64,000 bases of DNA, from contig CM035361.1 of NCBI GenBank assembly GCA_020137815.1, forward strand, positions 3,782,001-3,846,000, written 5' to 3'. The position numbers and the translations under genes were made by a program. Under the pieces are notes generated by a model that did no database searches, was not told the origin of the DNA, and saw nothing but the letters and a program-made list of their open reading frames with translations. Numbering within the stretch: the stretch's first letter is position 1; each line of letters begins with the position of its first letter. This DNA comes from Hormiphora californensis. Lineage: Eukaryota > Animalia > Ctenophora. Shown one piece after another: positions 37,778 to 48,800 of this stretch.

Positions 37778-39952
37778 ATGAACTTCAATTTATTTCACTT
37801 CACGAGGGCCCCATTGCGATATCATTAAAACTTGTAGAGGTTATCCTCCCCACACAAGCAACGGTTCCACAGTACATTGTTCTATTGAACGTCTTCATGA
37901 AGTGTTCTGGATTGGTAACATAGACACCTGGCGCGACCCCCGCACACATGTATGCGGGGGTCGCGCCAGGTGTCTATGTTACCAATGTTTTGGAGTGTTC
38001 TGCACTGGAGCCCCAACATATGTTCTTGTAATGTCTCCCTAGAACATTCCAAGAAGTTCATTAATCTTGTTCCAGGCAATTATGATGTCGTTCATCACAG
38101 CTCGGCGAGAGAGAGAGTGTGAGAAAGAGTTCGTCTCATTAAACTTGAATAACCATTGTAGATGTATATCTTTTTGCTGTACTTGCTATCAATTTCACCT
38201 TCTTTTAGTAGAGCTATATCGGAAGGGGTGAAATTGGAACAATGCTTTCTTTTTCTTCATGTCGTCTGCAGCGGCGAAAACTAAAAAACTGATTGGATCT
38301 TGCAGGATTTGATCGGGTACCGGACAGAAACTCGAACGGACGATAACTCGAACTCGAACTCGAAAATTTCGGACTATAACTCACTTTTGAAAATGTCGAA
38401 TTTAGGTGAGTTACAGTCCGGATCAGGTGACTTTCTGTCCGCCCCACTGTTTAGCACTATTTACGGTGAGTTAGAGTCCGGGCGGACACTAACTCACCTG
38501 TTCGAGTTGTGGGGGCCAAGGTGAGTTTCTGTCCGCTAAAAATGTCGAAATTCGACTTTTTGTCCGCCCTCTAAACTCACAAATTCGGACTACAACTCAC
38601 TTTCGGTAGACAGGGGGAACAAGAGTGACAGGGAAAAGGCGGGAAAATATGTGAGTTTTTGTCCGCTTAAATAGCGAATTTCGATTTTCTGTCCGGACTA
38701 GAACTCACTTCATGTACAGAGAGAAAAGGCGGGAAGACATGGCGGCGTCGTTGGCAGAGAGAGAGAGGCAAAGTTGTAGAGAGATCCTGACAGAGAGAGA
38801 GAGAGGGGAGAAAGGGCGGGCTAGTTCAGTTCTCGTTGTTCACTCATACATTGGTTGAGCTCTGCTTCTCTTTGTCTCTCTAGCTCCCATCTAATCATGG
38901 ATCTCAGATCTCTCATCCAATGAGTCATCGTTCATCACCTGCAGTGGTCTATATCTCCTCTCCAATCTGTTCCCAACCAGCCTAGCTGCAGACTGCAGCT
39001 GCTCTCCTACTCAGTGACTCACCTATCCTTCAGTCTTCACTCGACAATCTATCACACCATTCAAAGAGAAAGAGAGAGGAAGAGAGATGGAGAGACAAAG
39101 AGAGAGGAAGAGATGGAGAGACAAAGAGAGCTGTTCATCACTTGCAGTGGTTTTCTCCTCTCCCAAAATTTTCCCAAACCCGCCAAGTACCCATTTTTCC
39201 CCCGCAATCATCACGCAGAATAAAAGTTTTTGGGGCCTTTCCTTATGAAAAACCTACCCCCCTATGCAAACGATCAAGACTTCTTCTACGATCCCCGGGC
39301 TACAATGGACTCCATCAGTTTGGACTCCTCGTTACCTTCCCGTGAAGGATTTTTTATTTTATAGGGGTTTGAAAAGCAGCAGGGAAGGGAAAAGAGGGGA
39401 AAGAAAAAGAGAGAAGGGGGGAAGGGGAGAAGGAGAGAGAGAGAGAGAGAAAAAGAAGAGAGAGGAAAAGGGGTAGGATGGGAAAGGGGGGGGAAGGGGG
39501 ATTTGAAAAAGGGGGGGATGGGTTTACGTGTATTTCAACCACACAATTGTTTTTCTGTAATAAGGGAAACTGCCAAAAAAAAAAAAAATTTGTTTGAAAA
39601 ATTTTTTTTTGGCCGGACGAAACTCACTGCCATGGGAAAAGAAAATTTTACCAAATTTCGAATTTTTGTAGTTTTAGAAGTGAGTTTCTGTCCGCCAACT
39701 CGAAAAAAATTGAGTTTTTCGCTACCCCACCCAGGCTTTTCCCCGGGCCCGCGACCCCTTGGGGCACTGTCGCGGCCGATAGGGTTGGGTCAAAATTTCA
39801 GTGCGTGGGTTTTGGGGGGATCGTGATTTCACGGCAAATAGTGAGCCCCGCTAAAAATCAGTATTTTGCAACGCCGCGGGGGTTTTTTTCAAAAAACGCA
39901 TTTTCAAAATTTTTAAAAATTTCGCCCGGGGAACTTTTTGCGATTTTTTTGG

Positions 39953-40052
39953 NNNNNNNNNNNNNNNNNNNNNNNNNNNNNNNNNNNNNNNNNNNNNNNN
40001 NNNNNNNNNNNNNNNNNNNNNNNNNNNNNNNNNNNNNNNNNNNNNNNNNNNN
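39953..40052. other. Assembly gap (100 N)
   Basis: N run with degraded flanks on both sides. Confidence 1.
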
Positions 40053-41837
40053 GAAAAAAGTTGGTTTTTAAATTTTCAAAATGTTGGTTTTCCTTTTATT
40101 TAATAATACCAGGGTTAGACATTTAGCGGCCCCCGATTTAGGGGGGAAAAACCCCCTTGCCCTTTTCCCCCGAGCTCCCCGTTTCCCGGGGAAAACCCAG
40201 TGCTGTATACCTCTACCCCCTGTTATGATTCCAAATTAATTTCAACGCATACACAACTTTTGTGTCACAAACTGATTGATCTGATTCCACTACGACTTAC
40301 GAGACATTTAAGGCCTGATCGTTTTGGGATTTAGTTATTTACTTTTTTTTCTACCAAAAGGGGTGTGCTGCAAGGAAAAAATTGCTCAAGCGTTACTGCT
40401 CAACAGCAGATCCGGACCCCGTTTTACGGGACACCCTCGGTCCCTCGGGGGAAAGGTTCTTGTCGACAATTGTCCACTAAATGGGGGGGTGTCCACTAAA
40501 TCGGGGTAAAATAAGGAAATTTTCCAAAGGGGGGGGAAAAAAAAATCCTGCCCTAAATGGGGGTCCACAAAATCGGGGGCCCTAAAAATGGGGGGTCCGA
40601 CTTTTTTACATTGGTCATTTTTTTATTTTTTAAAATTTTCCAAAAGCGCAAAATTTTTGCAAAAAAAAAAAAGAAAAAATTTTTTAGAAAAGTATCCTTC
40701 GTTTTTTGACCTCATATTCGTTAATATAAGATTAATATGTGATCATATGATTAGCTGTGTATAACTTTCAAGGGTTATCAAACCCTTTTGTTCCCAATCG
40801 TTTAAAGCAACTATCTCTCACAACTCAAAACCATACTCACAAATTTTGATCTACTAAAACCATATCTGAATTTCTTCCCCCATAGGGAAGGGAAAGAAAA
40901 ACCCAAAAAAAAAGGGGGCCCCGCGGCAAAAGGGAAAATTTCGCCCCCCCCCGCCCCCTCTTAACCCCCTTCCCCAGCCCCTTTTAAAGCCCCCGGGCCC
41001 GCCACTTCTCCCTTTTTATCTCTCTCTCTTCTCTCCTCCTTTCTCTCTCTCTCCTTTCCCAAATTTGGTTTTTGGGAGGGCGGGCGAACCAGCTGCTCAT
41101 AAAATTTCAAATTTTTATATAGTCTCGACTATAATGGTTTTGAGGGTGAGAAGAGAGAGAGAAAAGATCTTTCTTTTTTTTTAAAAAAAAACCCGCCCTT
41201 TTCCGGGGGTTTTTTTTCAAGGAATTATTTTTGGACCAATTTGCATGCTAAGCAAGTGTGTAAGGGTGTAGGTTTTAAAACAGTGCACGCTAAGTCAAAA
41301 TAGCACAAAAGTTATAACTTTTGGAATTTGACCCAAAAAATTATATTCAAATCCAACAAGAGTGTGCTGAAAAATAATACGAGAGGGGGAAAGAGTTGAA
41401 AAGTTGTATTTTGGTTTGCGCTTTTGATTTCGAAAATAATTTGCAGCTGCTGCACTGTGGAGCTATGATCTTTCCAGCTGCACCTTGTTCTAGTTAATTG
41501 TCATTTGTTCTTTATAAAGATCTATATAAAGATCTTAGTCGAGTTGCAGCTGTTTATATTTCCTTTGATGTTAGAATTACTAGGAGCGGATCATGCATGC
41601 ACTATTAAAATTAGTTGTAACGGTAGTAAGAAAAAACTCATTGTGTACATATAACCTGATCCCTGTTTTAGTATGATCTTCGATCGGAGCTCTAGTGCTT
41701 CTTAGTAAACATGTGCTAGTTGTTAATCCCACATATATTCCTCCACCTTCGTGAATATTTTTATTATTTTTTGCCTGGTCCCAGCTGGGCGTATATTATG
41801 CCTCGACCTAGGTCCTAGTTGAATGCAATGCATACTA

Positions 41838-42050
41838 TGGGGAAAAAGTCGTTCCTGAACCTCAGGTTCAGGTTACGGCTAGTTAGTAGTTATTACCTGA
41901 GACCCGAGGTCGTAGGTCTCTTCTCGGCTATTTTTTTGCAAATTTACCTGAAAAATCAGGGAATAGCCGAGTAGAACCCTGAAGCCTCAGGTCTCAGGGC
42001 TAAATATCCGTGATCACGGCCTAGACCTTAGGCTCAGGAACGACTTTTTT
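41838..42050. mobile_element. MITE family with TIR TGGGGRAAAAMAGTCGTKCCTGAACCTCAG; relatives at 10703-10755, 14790-14895 and 62830-62900
   Basis: The same terminal motif is seen at four loci. The 10703 copy is reduced to two fused TIRs. Confidence 0.65.
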
Positions 42051-42140
42051 TGAAAAATATTTCAAAAGTTTTTCAAAAATTCTTGTTTAATGCATTCTAA
42101 CCCAGCTAATTCCTCCCTATCAGACACTAGCTACAGCAGC

Positions 42141-43283
42141 ATGGCATCGCCCCTGGACAACTCCTCAGACCTACCGACCAACCAACCGGAAATGAGCCCC
42201 TCCTCATTCTCAATTACGACCTATAATAAGCCTACAACTGAGGAGGGGATACGGAACTCTCTCTGGGAATCAGATCTCTATGTCCCTGGCTTCCTAACCC
42301 TCCTCTCTACAACTCCAGCAGTCATAGTTTACATTGTGGTTATCATTGGAGCAAGGAGGGTCTTGGTCAAGAACTTTCTACCCTTCTCTACCGCCCTGAT
42401 TGAACTCCTTCACGGTGGTCTCGTTGGGATACCAGCAGCATTCCAACTGTTAGGTGTTACAACAGGAAGATGTGATAGTGGAGTCATGTACTACAACCAA
42501 GCCCCTTCCTATTTCCTCAACACCTACCTCTTCTACCTCCGACTTCTCCTTGCTGCCGGTCTGAGCGTTGAGAAGCTACTCCGTCAATACCTAGTGTTCA
42601 GTGCTGATATTGTACTGACAAGGAGACGGAAGGTGATGTTAGCACTAGTTACCGCTCTCGTGGTGTTCCTTCTTCGGACACTGCCTGACATTGTAAAGTT
42701 GGAGTTATCCAATGTGGCAGGGGTTACTGCGAGCAATGCCTTGGTGTGCGGGATGTATTTTAGGGATGGGGTTAATCATTGGAGGAATGAATCTTGTAGA
42801 ATCCCCTTCACATGTATGGTGGTTGAATACACAACACACACAGATACACAGAGGTTTGATATCTTCACAACCATCTTCCTGACCGTGTCCTCCTGGGTGG
42901 TTATCGTCGGGACTGAGCTGATTGCAATAGGTCTGGTGATCCGGCAACAGAGTTCTGTCAGAGCGATGATCAAGCATCAGCCTGCACAGATTGAGACGAG
43001 GAGGAGGAGAATGGTATCACGAGCCAAGTATCTGGTTATCAATCTTCTTGTTATCACGGTGTCCTGCCTGCCTTATAGTATTGTTAGTCTGATAAGATAC
43101 GTGAATATGTGGAAGAAGTACGAGCATGAAACTAGCGAGCAGTTAATCCTGTTCACTGCAGTGAGCACGTTCCTCTCCATTCTACCAGGGCCGTGGATCA
43201 ATTTGTTGAGGGTAGCCAAGATAAGGTACGCTCTGAGGCGGAGTCTCAACACCTCATTCCACTCCGGCCGTAACACACAATGA
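42141..43283 (+). CDS. Intronless seven-transmembrane receptor, divergent rhodopsin-like (class A) GPCR, about 380 aa
   Basis: About seven hydrophobic segments. Cys before TM3, GLSVEKL at the DRY position, basic ICL3 (RRRRMVSRAK), SCLPY in TM6 and PGPWINL at the NPxxY position. Likely acceptor at 42122-23 just upstream of ATG 42141. Confidence 0.8.
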   Translation: MASPLDNSSDLPTNQPEMSPSSFSITTYNKPTTEEGIRNSLWESDLYVPGFLTLLSTTPAVIVYIVVIIGARRVLVKNFLPFSTALIELLHGGLVGIPAAFQLLGVTTGRCDSGVMYYNQAPSYFLNTYLFYLRLLLAAGLSVEKLLRQYLVFSADIVLTRRRKVMLALVTALVVFLLRTLPDIVKLELSNVAGVTASNALVCGMYFRDGVNHWRNESCRIPFTCMVVEYTTHTDTQRFDIFTTIFLTVSSWVVIVGTELIAIGLVIRQQSSVRAMIKHQPAQIETRRRRMVSRAKYLVINLLVITVSCLPYSIVSLIRYVNMWKKYEHETSEQLILFTAVSTFLSILPGPWINLLRVAKIRYALRRSLNTSFHSGRNTQ

Positions 43284-44201
43284 ACTGCATGCATGAGGAA
43301 TCGGTAACAATGTGGTATACTGTATACTGTGTAGCTCACAATACACAATTATAAACAATGTGGTATACTGTGTAGCTCACAATACACAATGAAGCATACA
43401 CCGCATGCGGGATGATCATGAGGTCCAGTGTCGAGATGTGACCACGTAACGTCGCCATATGATAGGGAACTAAAAACAATTCCTGGTCCTGGACAATTCT
43501 TATTGAGTTTAGCACAGTATCATTAATTCATGCGAGGACCATGTGTCAGAAAAAACTACAAATGATATTTTGAACTCGAATCTCAAAGCTGGAGGATAGA
43601 GGTTGAACCAATTGAATCAAAACTGGACAAAAGTGCAATTTCTTTTTTCTTTTTAATCTTTAAAATGTTTTTCTTCGTGTTTTAATCAATTTAATTTCTT
43701 GTAGTTGTAAAAAGCTCGTTATCAATTGTTGCTGCACTATAAATCACCATTACAGTATGAGAACACTGTTAGTTAACATTGTTGACACGTCTTTCAGTGA
43801 TAACACTGTTAGTTAACATTGTTAACACGTCTTTCAGTATCATATAAAAATAATCTGGGCCGGCAAGAACGTGAATCTGCACCTGGTTGACGAGGGTCAA
43901 CACATTTAGTGTCGGTTATTGTGGGTCGTAACTATGGGGGCACAAACCCTGCTTGGGCCGTAATTGGGATGCCCTTACCTACGTCCTACTACTTTGGGAT
44001 GCCCGTTCCTACGTCCTACTACTTTGGCGGCTATTGACCCTGTCCGGTTGTCTAGACTGTGTAAAGGGAGGGTTAGAACATAACAAGATCCTGTCTGGTT
44101 GTCTATAATCGTGGCTCGTATGGTTTGTCTGTGACGCATGTCTGTTTGTCTGTCTACCTAGTGTCTGGTTGCCTAGCCTGTGACGCATGTCTGTGTGACT
44201 C

Positions 44202-45118
44202 ATGTCTGTCCAGCATGTCTGGTTGTCTGCCTAGTGTCCCAAGCTATGTCTGCCCAGCATGTCTGGTTGTCTGCCTTGTGTCCCAAGCTATGTCTGATTA
44301 GCATGTCTGGTTGTCTGCCTTGTGTCCCAAGCTATGTCTGCCCAGCATGTCTGGTTGTCTGCCTTGTGTCCCAAGCTATGTCTGCCCAGCATGTCTGGTT
44401 GTCTGCCTTGTGTCCCAAGCTATGTCTGCCCAGCATGTCTGGTTGTCTGCCTTGTGTCCCAAGCTATGTCTGCCTAGCATGTCTGGTTGTCTGCCTTGTG
44501 TCCCAAGCTATGTCTGCCCAGCATGTCTGGTTGTCTGCCTTGTGTCCCAAGCTATGTCTGCCCAGCATGTCTGGTTGTCTGCCTTGTGTCCCAAGCTATG
44601 TCTGCCCAGCATGTCTGGTTGTCTGCCTTGTGTCCCAAGCTATGTCTGCCCAGCATGTCTGGTTGTCTGCCTTGTGTCCCAAGCTATGTCTGCCCAGCAT
44701 GTCTGGTTGTCTGCCTTGTGTCCCAAGCTATGTCTGCCCAGCATGTCTGGTTGTCTGCCTTGTGTCCCAAGCTATGTCTGCCCAGCATGTCTGGTTGTCT
44801 GCCTTGTGTCCCAAGCTATGTCTGCCCAGCATGTCTGGTTGTCTGCCTTGTGTCCCAAGCTATGTCTGCCCAGCATGTCTGGTTGTCTGCCTTGTGTCCC
44901 AAGCTATGTCTGCCCAGCATGTCTGGTTGTCTGCCTTGTGTCCCAAGCTATGTCTGCCCAGCATGTCTGGTTGTCTGCCTTGTGTCCCAAGCTATGTCTG
45001 CCCAGCATGTCTGGTTGTCTGCCTTGTGTCCCAAGCTATGTCTGCCTAGCATGTCTGGTTGTCTGCCTTGTGTCCCAAGCTATGTCTGCCCAGCATGTCT
45101 GGTTGTCTGCCTAGTGTC
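44202..45118. repeat. Homogeneous 44-bp minisatellite, about 20 copies
   Basis: Unit TGTCCCAAGCTATGTCTGCCCAGCATGTCTGGTTGTCTGCCTTG. Confidence 0.95.
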
Positions 45119-45562
45119 TGCCAGCCTAATATGTCTGTTTGTGACACATCGTGTCTGCCTAGTGTGTCTGGCTGTGTAATATATCTGCGCTGAAGACTTT
45201 CACATGTTTCTTCTACTCGCCAACCCCCCCCCTCTCTCTTTGCTGCATCCACCTCTATCACGTTGTGTCTACATCCCTCTTTTTTCCTAGACACACTGTG
45301 TAGACAGAGCTTTATGTTGATGTTCGTTGCATAGTTACCATGGTTACCATAGCTGATGCCTAGTACCAAATAACAGCTCTTGTTAAGATACATTACACGT
45401 GGGCCTAATTAACCCGGGGGCTGATTGTTTATGGGGGCTGCACTGCTGTTATAATATGGGTAGCGGTAAATATATAACACCCGGGTCAAAGGATCTCGCT
45501 CAGCTCACACATTTTTACCATTGGAGTAGAGAGAGAGATAGACGGAGAAAGAGTGAGAGAGA

Positions 45563-45631
<69 letters not shown>

Positions 45632-45874
45632 ACCGTGAAGGGAGACAGAATCATTCGCATAATGGCTAGTTTTTTGTAGCTTGAACAAAATGCTCTATCC
45701 CATGCCTGCAGCTATACACTTCAGCTTCTGTCTTAAAACTAAATGGTTCCACTTCAATGAATATGTTCTCGCTGCATTTGACCGTTCATTTAGATGTGTC
45801 TGAGTGTCTCTAATTATTGCTCATGACTTTCTCAAATTATAGGGGCAGCAGTGCAGCTAGGTCCTACAACGAGG

Positions 45875-48800
45875 ATGTCTCGTGTAGCCAGCCCTGCGTT
45901 CCAGGCACCCCTACCCAATCCTCCACTCAAGGTAAAAAGCACGTTCCTGCAGCCTGTATAAACATGCTTAGTACTCATTGGATTCGAGGGAAGTGGTGCA
46001 TGCGACTTGCACGATTTACTACTTAAACATGTTCTTTTATAGTTGGTGACTGCGTCACCCTTACAACTCGCACGCGTAGCGCGCCAAAACGAAGCCCGTG
46101 TAGCAGAGAGGTGATGGCGCCACCAAGTTCTTTATAGTATAACCTGGGAAATCCCTGCACTTTCTACAGGATACCGCCTGGGTCACTGCCCAATCCAACA
46201 CTTTCTCCCGATGGATGAATGCACAGTTAAGAAGCAGAGGACATGAAGAAGTGGTCACGGATTTACAAATGGACCTGAAAGATGGGACTGTGCTAGCGAA
46301 AGTACTCAACGGCCTGACAGGTAGGATTTTGAGGAAAATATTTTTTCAATTATCACGTAAATGATATTGGTAAAAACGTTCTCGTTTTTTGTTGAAAACC
46401 GTTTTCTCACTACAAACAGCTTATTCAAAGAAACTTGATTAGGGCTGTAACTATTAATTTGACAGGTGAGGTTTTCACGTGACGTCACAGGTAACCATGG
46501 TGATCACATGACAACTATTTGACAGGTGAAGTGGTGCCGGTAAAGCAAGATCCACATGGACAATTTGATATGCTAATTAATGTGGAACAATCTCTCTCCC
46601 TGCTGAGACGATACGGACATCAACTGGTGAGTTATTGAGTAACCGGGGTGAGAGACCACCCCTTTCTCAACAGCCGATGAGGATTAAATTCCGTTTGTAG
46701 AGATAAACTACGTGAAATAGTAGAAGCGTATACCGAATACTGATGATTTATTTCAGTTGATATGATCCTTTGCCTAGTTTAATATTGCCTGAATTCTACG
46801 TAGGTAAATATTGGTGCAGAAGACGTGGTGAAGGGAAATCAGAAACTTGTGCTGGCTGTAGTATGGGCCATCATTCAAGGGTAGGTCAAACACTAGGGGG
46901 CAGCAAGAATATTGGTCCAAGATATCCTCACTTCGCTCGCAAAGTCCGTCCAAGAAAGGGTCCTTACAAGATACCTGACAGTCTCTCTATACCTATTTCT
47001 TTTCATCTCCTTTCTTCCAGACCTATTCCTAATTAGTAATTGTGCCCCTCCCTATTTTTCCATTAGGTTTCAGATAACATACAACCCTTTTGATACTCCC
47101 TCTCCTTCCATCAGGTTCCAGATAACAGATATTGCTATCGATGCCTCCTGTTCCTCCTCTGACAACGAGAACTACCCACCTGAAACACAAAAACGGAAGA
47201 AAATGACGAAGAGGGCTGAAGATAGACGGGATTCAGACCCCCAAACAGGCGAGTAAATGTGGTAGTCGGTGCCGAACCGTGGTTTAGACCGGTCTTCGAT
47301 TTACCTGATTCACCGGCCCCGAGCAGTAGTTGGGAAGGTGTTCAGAGGTGTGACTCTAAACGCAATGCCTAGCCAATTTTCTCGAATATTAACACGATTT
47401 CCCCCTCCACAGAGAGTTCTGACGAGGATGAATCCCCGGTTAGTCCCTACCACCATCCCCCACGACGCCGAAACACTCGTAGGATGTCCGTTATGGACCT
47501 CCAACGAGAGGGAAAATCAACCAAGGATGCCTTTATACAGCTCCTCAACAAAAAGTTGAAGAAAAGAGGAGTTCAAATCTCTAACTTATCATCAGATTGG
47601 AAGGATGGAAAGGTGTTGGTGGAGATGCTAGAAATGAAGATCCCTGGTTTCAAGGCTTCCCTCCCACCTGATCTACCACCTGAGGATCTCATCGGAAAGT
47701 GCCTCACCACAGCGGAGTGCCAGTTAGGGGTCCCAGTGTTTGTAGACCCAGATGACATAGCAGAGGGTTTGTTAGATGATGCCAGCATGATGACATACCT
47801 CTCTGGGTTTTTCAAAAGCACACCAAATCTCAGTAGATCTCGACCATCACTAACGGCGCTAAATGAAGAGAGCGAGTTTGGAAACACTAAAACTACTTGT
47901 ACCACTAATGAGGATGTGTCTGATGAAGATGGATCATCTTCTTCTACCATCTCTACCCCATCAGATGCATCATCATCATCTTCCTCATCATCATCAGATG
48001 ATAATTCATCTTCTTCTTATAGCTCATCGGATCTAGACGATCAAGCTCCAAAGAGTTCAATTATCGGTGGAAAGTCCTCCGAGACGTTCACTATTGCATC
48101 AGATTCTAAGGACTTGGTAACAGAGGGAAGTTGCAAGAAGTCAGAGATCGGATCGTCAGGGCTAAAAAGTGAGAAGACATCATCAGAGATCGGATCATCA
48201 GGGCTAAAAAGTGAAAAGACGGAAGACGTTACGAGTGAGAGGAGTGCTACAAAGGATTTGATAAGCCCTGAAAAAGATGAGTTGAGTTTCGAAAAGAAGG
48301 AGGAGGAGGTCTTAGGAAATGATTCTGAGAATGAAAGAAGCTCCGTGAAGGAATCCAGTCCAGAGATAGAGTCAGAAAAAGAAAGTAGCCCAGAGATAGA
48401 GTCAGAAAAAGAAAGCAGCCCAGAGAAAGAGTCAGAAAAAGAAAGCAGTCCAGAGAATGAGGTTTCCAGCTCAGAATGTGAAGAAGAAGGACCGCTTAGT
48501 GAACCGATATCAGAAATTGATCGCGAATCTAACGAGTCTGATTCTTCTCTCAACCATGAGTCCTCAAGGAGCTCTAACGAGTCTGATTCTTCTCGTAACA
48601 AAAGTAATGTGTCCTCAAGAGGCTCTAAGGTTCGGTCTGCAAGTCTACCTGATAGATCTGGGAACAGCAAATCAAACTCTTCCAAGAGGAGCCGATCATC
48701 CTCATCATCATCTAGTGAAAACTCTAAAGAATCACGTGATGATAGCTCCTCAAAAAGAAACAAAGGCTCGAAGAACTCAAGCATCAACGAGGATGGAGCT

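Noticed and set aside
44180-45179. Cys-rich ORFs resembling metallothionein or keratin-associated proteins
   Set aside because: Open in all three frames because a stop-free 44-bp unit cycles through the frames. No splice or codon evidence.
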